Origin: an uncultured virus (IMG/VR IMGVR_UViG_3300008111_000022)
Taxonomy: Duplodnaviria; Heunggongvirae; Uroviricota; Caudoviricetes
Virus record (IMG/VR): IMGVR_UViG_3300008111_000022
Direction: 5' to 3' (one strand)
DNA: 64,000 nt
Part shown: positions 10,501 through 22,500 of the stretch, one piece after another
Numbering within the stretch: position 1 is the stretch's first letter
Layout of the letters: every line of letters begins with the position of its first letter
Program-made: the position numbers and the translations under genes
The notes under the pieces: model-generated
Databases searched by the model: none
Told to the model about the DNA's origin: nothing
The model's input: only the letters and a program-made list of their open reading frames with translations

Positions 10501-13500
10501 TGTATTACTATATGATGTCTGTAAAGATTCTGTTTTAATATATGGATTAATATTGTATTTCTTTGATGGAGCATTAAAAGGACCATACTTATGATCAGGT
10601 GTTGCCAATCTAAATGAAATTAAATTAACACCATTGACAGATCCAACGACAGTTTCACCTGTTCTAAAGATACCGGTAGTTCCTGGTGTAGATAGTGTAG
10701 TATCTGTTGCAACTTCAATTAATTTTGGTGTAAAATCAACAGCACTATTGCTATCAAGGAATTGGTAATATTGAGTTGATGGTTTTAAATTTGATACAGA
10801 AAATTCTGTATTTCTTGATCTCATGAAAGATTCATCTGATGAAGAAACTAAAACATTTCTAATAGAAACATCAGTATTTGTTACTGTATCAAAAGTAACA
10901 TTGGTAGATGAACTTGAACTATTAAATGACTGTGTATCTCTAGATTCTGAGACACTGCTTCCAATTACTGCACTACTTCCTGCTCTACGTGGGTTTGCTA
11001 TTCGAACAACAGATGTGGATGAAGTTTCTCTGACAACTGGATTCGTAATGTCTTGTCTAAGACTACCATTAAGATCCCTAGTAATAGTTCTACTGGAGTT
11101 ATTTGTGATATTAATATTTCTATCTGGGAGCTGAATAGTTCTAACCCAGGTATCTACTGCTGGATTTAGATTAATAATACCGGTATAAACAACAACATTA
11201 AATGGATTTACATTCTCTACACCAGTTGCATATAATTGGGAAATCCAGTCAATTTCTTCATATTTTAAAGTTACAGAATTGCCTGTTTTTTGAACATTTG
11301 CATCTAATAATTTAAAATCTTGTTGATAATCTAATGATTCATCGATGACATCAGTTGCTGGTAATACTCTGGATTTAATAGAATTTCTAGTAATTAATGG
11401 TATTAATTCTTTAGCAGATGGATTAACCTGTACATTTGATAATCCACGATTTATTAAACTATTATTTCTAAAGTCATCAACGAAAAATCCACTCTTAAAT
11501 CTATTTCTACCTTCACTATCTTGAACTTGAAGAGTTTGTGTTTGAACCTCTAAGAAAGATAGTGAAGTTACTCTTTCTAGATTTTGAACTCGGTTATCAA
11601 TATAACCGATATCTCTCATGGTATATCTTCTATTATCTCTAAGTTGTATTACTGCATCTTGTGGATTAAACAAATATGGGGGCAACTGAATAGTTGCTAT
11701 TTCCATCATAGCATCATTTTTTGTAGGAGCTTTTGGATTAATTGCAGATATCCCTTTTTCTAATATAAAGTTTCCAGATTTATCTAAGTATAATCTATCA
11801 ATTCTTGGAAGGTAAAAATCATAAGATACTGAGAATGATTCATTTGGTGTCAATAATAATTTTGGATCGGTATTAAAATTTCTGGATGAGAAATCAAATG
11901 GTGATGCTGAAGTTGTAGATGGATTAAAAGTTGAAACCCTAGGTCTAAAATCTAATATATCTGATGCTCTAATACCAGAAACAATAGATGGGATATCTGT
12001 GGTATATCTGTCCTTATCATAACTTAATACCGTAAAGACGTCCCCATTATCGTTAGATTCTACAGTATAGTAATCATATACAACTAAAAGTTTTTTAGAT
12101 GGTTCAGGAACATCTTTGTTTCTAACTATCTTAGAATAATCATAATATTCTTCTTTTTGACCCTTATCTAGAGTATATGATGATGTAATATCTTTACATT
12201 TACCCAAAGTTACTAACTCAACCTGAGTTTTAATATTCGATTCTTCAAATGTTACTTCTTCACCAATTACAAATCTATCACTAGTTAAGTAAATAACTTC
12301 TAAAGTATTTGTTGGATTAGATACTTTTTCGACAACTCTTGCGACTGTTTTAGAAGATCCACCAAGTATTAATTCTCCAACTATTGCATTATTTGTAACA
12401 TTTGCAGTTGATGTAAATAAAATTCTATCTAAAGATGGAGATGATGAATCGTATGATTCAAATACTCCCATAATTTTTACAACATCTGGTTTTAGTAACG
12501 ATATTTCTTCATCTTGAACTCTTAAACCATAATATGGACTATATGTTAAACCATCGGAGATTGAGGTATTGATACCAGTTCCAGACTGTTGGAATTCTGA
12601 TCTAGTTATTTCTAATTTTTCACTTCTTACATATTTTTTAATTTTATTCTTTACTCCAGACTTAACTAATGTTACATTTATTGTTGCTGAACCATTAGTC
12701 AAATTTCTAATCGTTAAAGTGTTATTTGTTACATCAACAGAATCACTAGATAGTGGTGCTATAGTACCATTAGCATAAACTACTGAATATCTTTCTTGGT
12801 CGAATGAATCAAAAAATGCGGAAGTAATCCCTAAAGTCGAAGATACTGTAGATGCATTTAAAACTATTTGGTTACTGGCAATAGTTTGATTTATTAACTG
12901 AGCAGAAATTTTTAGTGAGGATCCTGTAAGACCTACACTTGCAATATTTTTATGCGGTAATATGCTGTAGAGATAAGAATCGGATGGATTTCTTATAATC
13001 GTTGCAGATGGGAATGCATCAACTTGTATAGTACTCGTTGGTAAATTACCTTCAAAAACACCAGAAACTGATGGACTTATTGCAGAAAGTTGGAATGATG
13101 AACCATCTGAGGAAACTGCTGAAATTCTATTATAGGTTTCTGTAGAAAATCCTGGTTTTTGATATCTAACAATGGTACCGGTTCTAACATTAAAGAACTT
13201 TCCTGGACAAGTTACAGTTGATATACCTCCTTGTGCTGTAGATATGGAGACATTTGTAATTCCACCAAAAAATCTAAATCTCTCTAATACTGCATCGGCA
13301 GTAAATGTTGGAATACCAACAGCACCAAATACATCTTGCTTGAATGATTTTATGCTTTGAGTATTGTATACTGTAGCAGAATTGATTGTTCTTGGAAAAT
13401 CAACACCATTTACAATAATTGATTCACCGACCATGAAACTTCCAGAAGTCTGTCTAACATCAATCGTATCGGAACCTGCAGCTGCAGATACAACATAACC

Positions 13501-14955
13501 ATTTGCACCACTACTTTTTCCTTTGATATATGAAGATGCTGGTATTTCTGTTGAACTCGCAGATCTATTTAATACTAATCTTGTATTGGTTTGTATATCG
13601 TATAAGTATAAATCATGATTTGTAGCTGCGTTAGAATATGCAGAGTCTGTTAAATTGAATGCATATACTCTTGCGCTACCAATTCCAACTCCACCTGCAG
13701 CAAATTCGTCATATAATGTTACAACTCCTTTTGTTTGTGGAGTACCTTTAACATTATTAACTCTTATCAAATTCCCCATCTCAAAGGAAATACCAACATT
13801 AGATTGTGATTGAGTATCTCTTGGTTTTTCTACGTCTAAAATTGTTGATGAAACTTTTTCAATATCATAACCTCTAACGTATGCTTTTCCCGGAGATACT
13901 TTTACACACATCAGATCGTTTGATGGTTTTGATCCTCCAGGGGTAGTTTCATTTGAGAAAAATAACCCATTTCCACCTAATCTATCGTTGAGTGAATTGT
14001 GAATTGATGGGTTAAATGGATCAACTGCATAATCACCAGACTCTTCGTAAGTTCTTTGTGCAAGATAATCTCTAAATTTATCATTGGTGGATTTATTTTC
14101 TATCTTTTTAATTTTACCACCATCAATTCTCAATAATTCAATAAAATTACTGTCATTAAAATCTGTTAATAATTTTTTATCTAACGTTAATTTAATTTGT
14201 AATCTATCTGCACCAGGTGCGGCATAGTTTTCAAATCCTTTTGCATTATCATAAATTGACTTATCATCCTTTGGTGTAATAATAACTTCATCAATAGTCA
14301 AACCAACACGATAATTTGGTGTATTGCTATAATAATCTAGCATCAATATTTGTTTGGGGACATTTACAAAATATCCTCTTACAAAATATACACCATTATT
14401 AATAAAAGCTGCTGAACCAATTGACGTGGCATTAAAAGAAATCAATGATGCAAAAGAAGAACCAGCATTAATCGTGGTTCCTCCGTATGTAATATTCTCA
14501 TTGATTGTCAGATCTTCACCATCACTAAACTGTCTAAAAATAAAATCATTATCAGAATCTAAGTATTTTACATAAATTGTTGGATCTAATACTGTATTAC
14601 CATTAGGAATTTCTACATGTTGTATAGTTGCAGTTATTCCAGAAACAGAACCAGTAATTTTTTTACCAACTAAATCTTCTAGATATAAAGTAATGTCTGT
14701 TCCAGCATTTGTTTGATTTAACTTTACTGCATAGAACTGACCGTCATATATTAAATTTCCGGGGATAACTACAGATCCCTCTTTAAACATATGACTACCA
14801 AATGTTTCTATTTGGTTTTGTAATAAAGATTGTATAGACGTTAATTCTCTGGCTTGAACTGGCCTTCCTGGATTAAATAAAATCTTATAAAAATTTTTAT
14901 CAGAACTGAAATCGTCGTAATATGGACTAATATTTAAATTTGTTTTTTGTGCCAT
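7510..14955 (-). CDS. Large virion structural protein, DUF4815 / VrlC-like
   Basis: N-terminus NISPYYDDF...ILFNPGRPVQARELTSIQS; RTYEESGDY; RFKSGFFVDDF; DPLAQSF. Follows gp8 as in cyanomyoviruses. Confidence 0.85.
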   Translation of the reverse strand: MAQKTNLNISPYYDDFSSDKNFYKILFNPGRPVQARELTSIQSLLQNQIETFGSHMFKEGSVVIPGNLIYDGQFYAVKLNQTNAGTDITLYLEDLVGKKITGSVSGITATIQHVEIPNGNTVLDPTIYVKYLDSDNDFIFRQFSDGEDLTINENITYGGTTINAGSSFASLISFNATSIGSAAFINNGVYFVRGYFVNVPKQILMLDYYSNTPNYRVGLTIDEVIITPKDDKSIYDNAKGFENYAAPGADRLQIKLTLDKKLLTDFNDSNFIELLRIDGGKIKKIENKSTNDKFRDYLAQRTYEESGDYAVDPFNPSIHNSLNDRLGGNGLFFSNETTPGGSKPSNDLMCVKVSPGKAYVRGYDIEKVSSTILDVEKPRDTQSQSNVGISFEMGNLIRVNNVKGTPQTKGVVTLYDEFAAGGVGIGSARVYAFNLTDSAYSNAATNHDLYLYDIQTNTRLVLNRSASSTEIPASSYIKGKSSGANGYVVSAAAGSDTIDVRQTSGSFMVGESIIVNGVDFPRTINSATVYNTQSIKSFKQDVFGAVGIPTFTADAVLERFRFFGGITNVSISTAQGGISTVTCPGKFFNVRTGTIVRYQKPGFSTETYNRISAVSSDGSSFQLSAISPSVSGVFEGNLPTSTIQVDAFPSATIIRNPSDSYLYSILPHKNIASVGLTGSSLKISAQLINQTIASNQIVLNASTVSSTLGITSAFFDSFDQERYSVVYANGTIAPLSSDSVDVTNNTLTIRNLTNGSATINVTLVKSGVKNKIKKYVRSEKLEITRSEFQQSGTGINTSISDGLTYSPYYGLRVQDEEISLLKPDVVKIMGVFESYDSSSPSLDRILFTSTANVTNNAIVGELILGGSSKTVARVVEKVSNPTNTLEVIYLTSDRFVIGEEVTFEESNIKTQVELVTLGKCKDITSSYTLDKGQKEEYYDYSKIVRNKDVPEPSKKLLVVYDYYTVESNDNGDVFTVLSYDKDRYTTDIPSIVSGIRASDILDFRPRVSTFNPSTTSASPFDFSSRNFNTDPKLLLTPNESFSVSYDFYLPRIDRLYLDKSGNFILEKGISAINPKAPTKNDAMMEIATIQLPPYLFNPQDAVIQLRDNRRYTMRDIGYIDNRVQNLERVTSLSFLEVQTQTLQVQDSEGRNRFKSGFFVDDFRNNSLINRGLSNVQVNPSAKELIPLITRNSIKSRVLPATDVIDESLDYQQDFKLLDANVQKTGNSVTLKYEEIDWISQLYATGVENVNPFNVVVYTGIINLNPAVDTWVRTIQLPDRNINITNNSSRTITRDLNGSLRQDITNPVVRETSSTSVVRIANPRRAGSSAVIGSSVSESRDTQSFNSSSSSTNVTFDTVTNTDVSIRNVLVSSSDESFMRSRNTEFSVSNLKPSTQYYQFLDSNSAVDFTPKLIEVATDTTLSTPGTTGIFRTGETVVGSVNGVNLISFRLATPDHKYGPFNAPSKKYNINPYIKTESLQTSYSNTTKVLNIDTNSLAEEAQGRYTGYLTKGMLLIGQTSGAIAYVKDLRLVSDNYGDLIGTFFLRDPNSTPVPTVRIPTGTKTFKLTSSPTNELGIPGSNSISFAEVAYSSDGTLNQWENEVTAITNNLTTQTVTNLNLSLTTNLTTITRNTQNTVAQFFDPLAQSFTVGGSVEAPGENDSIDDINGAFLTSVGLFFAKKDDGNAPVRVEIRTVDLGTPTRIVLGKSVTLRPSDILISDDGEIETKVTFPEPIYLAPNNEYAVVVISAHSDKYEMWIATMGEASKKTQSLPITESVIYSKQFSMGSLFKSQNGSIWTANQYQDLKFKLYKAKFTAETGTAFFTTPPLNQSNGYIARLNNNPIRTLPKTATLGISTVLTASNATLVNDILKVGRKISGTKPNTYGYIVGVGCSVTQTVITSGGTNYPASSTLINLDTTNIIGRGSGLKLTVTTNSSGAITGIAATTATGTGYKIGDVVGIVTTLGRDARVSISSISGVDTLYLSGIQGESSSFGVGAGVSFYPDNFPSSTIVSLATTTIRSFVPDGGVNSGNYFRLEHFDHGMYSGIDKVRIANVESSYSPTSLSAELSISESNTVSVANTSIFTTFEGIPVGAGNTGYILVGQEIIGYSAVGNGSLTISNSPSGRGIDQSLITLHDKDSLVYKYELNGVSLRRINKDHDMSLTGIGIDNYHIEVSRTGNGANRSSDGSTTSAPELSFIDESSYGGSKVEASENINYSSLVPSYDLLTPGADTSVNAFIRTVSGRSANGTENAFVEQVSEPVQLNAVNTLGSMRIVASEINEKNQPGLAKLLRNKSFVTGITLNTQNSNLSPIIYLDNAITEFRCSRLNVPITNYVTDNRVNSINNDPHAAVYVSNTVNLAQPATTLKVILSAYRHASADFRVLYSLIRADSDGIPQTFELFPGYDNLRSVSDQGFLVLDSSKNTGRPDRYVQPSLDNEFLEYEFTADNLDLFVGYTIKIVMSGTDQSRAPRIKSLRTLAIR

Positions 14956-14960
14956 TTTGC

Positions 14961-16523
14961 TTAAAATTCCAGAATAATTTTAACGTCTTCTTTTTGTCTA
15001 AGATTTCTTGCCACCAGAGGTCTATTATCGATGTAAATAACATCTCCTGACTTTTTATTTATCTCTGGTTCTGCAAGTCCATTTGTAAATAATACTCCTA
15101 GATCTATTACTTTATTTCCTACTGTAACTTTATTATCATTAAATGAAGTATTGATTGGTGCATTAAAACCAGATGTTATAAAAAAGATATTGTTTGCGGA
15201 TGATTCAAATTCGTTAATTTTTGATTTTGTCGTAATATTCGAATTATCAGTCTCATTAGACTTATTTGGATAATATAATGATCTATCTCTGAAATACTTT
15301 AGAACTAATGTATCACTATCATATGATGCTACATATCCTCTAGCAATTGTTCCATCAGATCTAGTTTGATTTATTTCTTCACCAATTACTGGTTTTTGAC
15401 CAATAGAATTTAATTTTATTGAATACAATCCAGAAAAAGCATTTTCATCAAAAATAGTACTAGATGCACCATATTTTGGATTTTTTAAAATACCAATTTG
15501 AGCAAACTTAGTGTCAATCGGAACATCTTTCGTTGAATCATCAAATCTTGCATAAATCAAAACTCTATCAGCACCCAATTCTCTATAAACATCATATCCA
15601 TGACCGTTAGAGGGTGGAATGATGGGTATTAATTTTGCATTTTGTGATAAAGTTCCTGTTCTTAGAGCACCCAGATCAACAATACCGTAAGTATAACCCT
15701 TCCCGCCTGCAGTAACAACGGCAGATTTAATTGAACTATTTTCTACCGTAACTAGTACCGTTGCTCCAGACCCATCACCATTAATTGAACAAGTATATGT
15801 ACCATTAACATATCCATCACCAGCAGTATCAATATAAACTTTCTTGATTTGATTTTCTTCTATTTCAGAATTGCCAGCATTTCGAATTCTTTGAATTTCA
15901 CTATCAGTGTCAGTTTCCCAATTGTTAGGTAAGATTATATATTCTGTAGAATCAAACTTGATAATGTCTGACGGAGAAACTGTAAATAAGTATTTCCAAA
16001 CATAACCATCATTACTTGATCCAGCAGCAGAAGGTTCCGCATCAATAAATGATGGTTCATCTTGTGACTTATTTCCTAGTAAATTAGTACCAGAAGAACC
16101 ATTATCAATGCAAATATAAACTCTATAGTTGCTGTTAATTACATAAAAATCCGAATCAAATAATCTTGGTAGGTTGGAGTTAGGGGTTAAATTTGTAATA
16201 CTATAATCATGACGATACATATCATATCTTGTATTAGAAGTCCAATTGACTTTTCTAACTACTCTTCTAACATTTGCTGGTGTAATTTTTTTACCAAATA
16301 AAAGAGTATCTCTATAATGTGAAAGATACTGTAAATTGTCAGTTGGTGATGGTGGGTTTGAATCCCATGTTGTTTCCGTACCTACAGTACCACTTGTTCT
16401 ACTAAAACCACCATCATTAGGATTTGCTAATCCCAAAAAAACATAGTAGGAGTTAGTATTAACAGAATCAACAAAATTTCCTGCATTAAATATTCTAAAT
16501 TGATCTGTTATTATAGATGCCAT
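14961..16523 (-). CDS. gp8: Baseplate wedge subunit gp8
   Basis: YRVYICIDN, DGYVWKYLFT, IIPPSNGHG, QIGILKNP, SGDVIYIDNR...QKEDVKIILEF. Confidence 0.9.
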   Translation of the reverse strand: MASIITDQFRIFNAGNFVDSVNTNSYYVFLGLANPNDGGFSRTSGTVGTETTWDSNPPSPTDNLQYLSHYRDTLLFGKKITPANVRRVVRKVNWTSNTRYDMYRHDYSITNLTPNSNLPRLFDSDFYVINSNYRVYICIDNGSSGTNLLGNKSQDEPSFIDAEPSAAGSSNDGYVWKYLFTVSPSDIIKFDSTEYIILPNNWETDTDSEIQRIRNAGNSEIEENQIKKVYIDTAGDGYVNGTYTCSINGDGSGATVLVTVENSSIKSAVVTAGGKGYTYGIVDLGALRTGTLSQNAKLIPIIPPSNGHGYDVYRELGADRVLIYARFDDSTKDVPIDTKFAQIGILKNPKYGASSTIFDENAFSGLYSIKLNSIGQKPVIGEEINQTRSDGTIARGYVASYDSDTLVLKYFRDRSLYYPNKSNETDNSNITTKSKINEFESSANNIFFITSGFNAPINTSFNDNKVTVGNKVIDLGVLFTNGLAEPEINKKSGDVIYIDNRPLVARNLRQKEDVKIILEF

Positions 16524-16540
16524 GCTAATAGTTTTTTATA

Positions 16541-16548
16541 TATTTATA
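16541..16548 (-). promoter_or_regulatory. T4-type late promoter TATAAATA for gp8
   Basis: Exact consensus 17 bp upstream of the gp8 ATG. Confidence 0.8.
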
Positions 16549-16571
16549 AACCATTTCGATGAGTAACTATT

Positions 16572-19500
16572 TTATGTCAGTTGTTTTGGTAAAGCACCAG
16601 TATCATAAACCAATTTCAATCCAATAGATCTTCTTTGTACCGTTGGATATGTTGTCAATCCAACATCAACTGTATTTGTTGTAACAGCAATTGAAACTGG
16701 ATTAGTTCCTCTGGTAAATCCAGATAATCTTCCCCATGAAAATTTGCCAACTGGTCTTAATTCAGTTCCTGATGTAGAAAGACCTGCTATATTAGCATTA
16801 GAGTGTACGTTACATGTTATAATTCCAGCATTATCATCACCCACAACCCCAGACCAAGCACTTACATGATAAACACAATCTAGATAACTAGTTCCAATAC
16901 CAACAACATTAGTATTAGAACTATTTGTGGCAGTTATACCATTACCAATTCTTGTATCATATATGTAAATTGGATATCCAGTAGATAGACCTGCTGTAAC
17001 AAAAGTATCTGAATCTAAGTTATTAACAAAGAATTTTAATGCTTTTGAAGTTCCTATTCCGGTTGTAGTTCCTATGCCCGTAATTACTCCGCAGAATCCA
17101 TTAACCGTAGTCACTGACTTAAGAGTTTCAATCAATCTTGGACCAGTGGTTGATAATCCTACCGTGCTAGAACTTCCAACAATTAAGAGATCAAATGATT
17201 TTGCAGCAATTTGATTGTTATAGTTAAAGAAAGTTGCATTATCTACAAATATTTCTGTACTTGATGTTGTTATACCCGATATGACCTTTGCAGTTGGATA
17301 AACTTGTCCTTCAATAGAGTCTCTGGTTTTATATACTGTTTGTCCAAATACAATTCTATCTCTCTTTTGTTTGGTCCAGTTAATTGGTTTTGAATTAATT
17401 TCATCAATACCAGATCCACTGTACAAATCCGTTTCAATTCTATCAGCAAATTCTATATTTTGTACAAGTCTTTCGTTTTGCGTAATTGTATTTGGATATG
17501 CATTATTTTTGATTATTTGTACAGTATCACCTATTTTAATTGTTTGTGGAATATCAGAATTTAGCACACTATCTGAACCAATAGTCCCTCTATAGAAGAA
17601 AATTGCGATATTATCTTCTGGTTTTGGTGCGCTAGTGAATACAAATGTAGTGCCACCATTAAAATCATATGATTTGCCTGGTTCTTGTAAAATTCCATTA
17701 ACAAAAATTACAAGCAAATTCTTCATATCCAGATCATAATTTTTATCTTTTTCAAAACTTAATAACTGACCATTGTAATATAATGGGAAAGCAAGTCTAA
17801 ATCCATCTTGATATGCAGCAATAGAATCAATGTAATCCAGATTACCAAATTGCCATAGTGCAAAAGAATCTGTAAATGTATCTAAAACAGTTAATTCAAA
17901 ATTAGATAATGGTTCACTCAGTCTTGCATCAGTTACAAGTCCAACAGGTCTGATTACATCACCCCTCTTAAATGAGTATCCAGGTCTTGTGATAGTGAAA
18001 TTTTTGATACTAAACAAAGATCCTGGTGCAACAGTTTTAGTTGCAGGTACTGTTGCAGTTGCACCATATGAAATTACATTTGCAATAGTTCCTGTAACAA
18101 TACCAACATAAGATCCAATTGCTGATGCAACGTTTGCACACTCACCACTAAATGTGTACACCCCTGGTAATTGGGATACATCTCCAATAATAGTATTGTC
18201 AATTACTTGCACTTCAGTCGTATATCCACCTGTATCGACGACTTCATTTCTCATTACCTGAATTGCAATATCTCTTGCTTGGTTAAATGCAAATATTGAC
18301 TGCTGCTCTTCACCAGCCAGTAATGTTTGATTTGTTTTGTATATATTTGCTGCTTCCCAAACTTGATCATTTCCACCAAATCTTAAATTGTATAAAACTG
18401 TTTCTAGAACAGCTTTGATGTCATCTGTACACTCTTTATTACCACCTGGTACTGTAAAACCAGGATAGTTTGCTAACATTCTACCGACCGCAATATCAGC
18501 AATAAACTGTAAGTTTCTAGAAATTAAATTAGCAGCATCATAGAATCTACCTCCAGCATAATATGGATTACTATCAACATCCAAACTTAGTACCAATCCA
18601 ACTCCTGTTTGTGTTGTAGATCCTATACCAATACGGGAAACTCCTTGTACAGGTAGATTTGCGTAAGATGGGTCTGGAAGGAACACTTCACATGGTGTAA
18701 TAGTGCTATAACCACTTCCACCAGTGTTAACTGTAAAGGAGAGAGTTCCACCAGCACCTACATTGGCAGTTATAGATGCTATTGTACCACTATGACCAGA
18801 TTGTGTTATGGCAACAGATACAGGTCCTCTATATCCAGAACCAATATTTAAATTATACCAAGGGAATACTGTACCAAAACCAATATATGTATGCGGTAAT
18901 GTACTTGTCCCAACTTTTGCAGTAAACGTAGTACTTGATGCGACACTGACAATTGGGAAAAATGTCTCCAATCTAGATACGGTATCTCTTGGGAAAAATG
19001 ACGTAACCCCAGCATTAGATGGGCAAGTAAAACCTAAACCAACCAGTCTTACCAAATCACTTTCAGATAATCTATGTGGTTGTGTCGTTGTTATTTCAAT
19101 TATTCCAGAGAAATTGTTATAACTTGCAGTGCTTACAGATACTGCAGTTCCGGTATATGATGTCCCAACAACAGAAGTAATTGTACCTGCAGCACTAACA
19201 ATTGGTTTTACTATTGCCCCAACTAATGGTGCATAACCAATCCCAAGTGTTGAACCTATAGAGACTATTAAACCACCTCTAGGTCTGTCATTTTGATTAA
19301 TATCATATTCAGATACAATATCAACTTCTGCACCACCTCCTGGTCTAATGCCTGAGAACACAACACTCGTTATTCCAGCATTTTCTCTAAGTGCAAAATT
19401 ATTTTTAGGGTTATTACTTGTTGTAGGAGTTTGGAATATGCCGTTGATTAATAGCAATCCATTTCCACCACTTGTTCCTAGACCTACTGTATTTGCACTG

Positions 19501-22500
19501 CCAACTGTCAATGTAAATGTTCTACCGATTCCATTGAATTTTGTTGAAATATCATCATAAATGATATTTGTAGTATAATCATTTCTTAAGAAAACTCTTC
19601 CTGTAAAATCAGACTTAATTGAATCTAAATTACTTTGATCTTTTTCTTCTTGAACATTGCCCTTTGGTGGGTCAGCAAAATATAAAATATTTTGGACAAT
19701 GTTAAAAGCACCAACATTTACAGATACTTGGGCACCTGCAGAGTGTGAGGTTGAGGCAGTTCCTAAGTAACCTCTCGTTACTGTTACTAATGGATAAGTG
19801 CCAATTCCATTTACGGGACCAGTTGATGTTGTTCCAAATCCAACACTAATTACACCCATATATTCATTATCAACTTTTATAATATCTTTAGGTACAATGG
19901 TGCTAATTCCAGTAACTTGGAAAGACGATTGACCAGCACCTATAGTGTTATTCAACTGATAATATATTTGCTTAGGGAATATTGGATATTGAATTACATC
20001 GTCTATTGTTATTACACATTTTTCATTTTTCTTCTTCATTTCTAAAACATGTGCGTTACCTTCACCAGCAGATGTAAACGTAACGGCTGTTCCAGTTTTT
20101 GTGGTTGAAATTTGGAAAGAATCTTCCGTTTTATTAACAACATAAACTGTTGATGGTAAGATCCCTGTAGCAATACCAGATTTATATGTTAATGCAACTG
20201 TTCCAATACCTATTATTGTTGATTTAGGTGTGTAAATTAACTCTTCATCTTCACTAAAGAAATGCTTTGATGATTTAAATGTCCCAGTGGTTAAATCTAA
20301 ATCGTCAGGGTCACTTGTATCAAATTCTCTAGCAAAAATTGGTAATTCATCAGAGAACATTACAAAATCTGTTTTATTGATTCTTCCACCATTAAATGAG
20401 TTATAAAACTTGACAATTACGGAATCTCTTGTGAATGTTAATCCATTACTGTCTTTATAATTTAATGGTGGTGCAATATTAATTGCATCAGTAATAGTAT
20501 ACAACAATTTATTAAAACTTGATAATTTAACAGTTCCTGATAGATTGTTATCTGGATAGAATGTCAAAATAACATTTCCACCGGAAATATTCCCACCAAA
20601 AGTACCTAACCCAAGTCTAGTATCATTTGTTGAAATACCACTAACTGATAAAAATGGTAGTTGTTTTACATATACTGAAGAACCATCATGAATTGTTAAA
20701 ACTTGATGAACTGCTTTAGTAGAACCAATACTTACTTCTACTAGAGATTTGCTCGAATTAAATAAGGTGTAATTGTATGAAGATACTACTAATGGATTAG
20801 TGGTTAATCCCGATGTAGCATATGAGTCGTATATTGCACTTCTCTCTGAACCATTTGGAGTTCCAGATGTTTTAAACCTATATGTCGAAATACCAATTGT
20901 TGTAGTTCCAAAACCAACAATATTTGCCTTAACTGAAACATTATTTTGGGAAGTTAGATTTTCAAAATCTAATGATAAGACATTAGAACTTAAATTGGCT
21001 GCAAATGATCCAATAAATCCAGCAGTATATCCATTTTCATCTGCACCAAAGTCATCAAAGTAAAATTCAGAAATAAAAGTATCACTATTATCATGAGTCA
21101 CATATAACTCAGAATATTGCATCTTGTTACTAACAGTATCGGTTATATGTACAGATGCATGGAGAGATTTAAATACTGACGCATCTACAGATAAAATATT
21201 GGTTGTAAGACCAACTGTAGTGCTTAATCCAGATGTACTTTTTATGGAGTTAAATTTTGTAATAAATCCTATCGAAGTTGATGCCACTCCAATTGCATTA
21301 GTTTGGAACGACTTTTGTATAAATTTAATATCATAATCCGTATTTGCAAAATCTACAGGTGCAAATCTTAAATTGACTTCAGTATTTTTTGTTTCTAAAG
21401 AAAACTCACCAATCTTTTCTCCAGCATATTCTGTAGATCCAATTCCTGCAGTGACAATTGTGCCTTTCTCTAGTAAGAAAGCATCAGATCCATTATTTAC
21501 AACAACTAAATCTGTCAATTGAACTTTAGAGCCATCACTAGTTGATATTTTTACAAGAGCATCCAAGTACTGAATATTGGATGTAGATAAATTGATTATA
21601 TCAAGATATTGATTTAAATTTGAATCTAAATTTGAAAACTGTTTATTGATATTATCAATTTTTAAAACTCTATTGGTTTTGTTGCTAATAAATGGAGTTA
21701 AAAGTTTACTATCAAATTTTATAAACTTTGAATAACCATTAAATGAACCAATATCTTTTACAAGATCAAAACCATAAACAGTTTCAGTTCTTTGCTCAGT
21801 AATAATATCTTTTATTGCAATGGTAGAGTCTTCACTAGTAAATGTGAAATTACGTGATGAAGTTATGCCAGTATCATTAAAGTTTTTTGTACCAATCGTA
21901 TGCAAGAAATTATTTACAACTGTTTTAGATTGATCATATGTAATAGGGCTCTTAATTGTATATGATAAATTTTGATAATAATCATTATCAGGAACAACTT
22001 GTATGTCATTATTTAATTTACCGATATTATTTGCCCATCCAGTATTTGTTTTTGTTGCATAATCTATCTCAAATTGTCCAAAATTCTCTCTAATTTCAGA
22101 GATAGTTACAATAGTTCCAGATTGTTTCCCAGTAATTTTTTCTCCAACATTTAATTCATATGAACCAAAAACTTTTATGTATGAATTATTAAAAGAAGTT
22201 ACTTTTAAATCTCTCTCTATTCCATTTGAGAACACTTTTTCATTTAAAGCAAATCCCAATTTCTCCTTAGTTAATTCAAATTCTGGATAGATTTTTCTAT
22301 TAACTATTACTGGAACAAAATCCTGAATTGTTTTTGGCGTCCCAACATCATCTGTTAATGCTGATGCGTCTACTCTTATTCTTGCTAATAAACCTGTAGT
22401 ATTAAAATCAATTACCTTAAAGAACTTATAACCATAATTTTCAGAATTAAATCCGTTACCAGAAAGACTGGTATTTTTCTGAATACCTTCGATAAAGACT

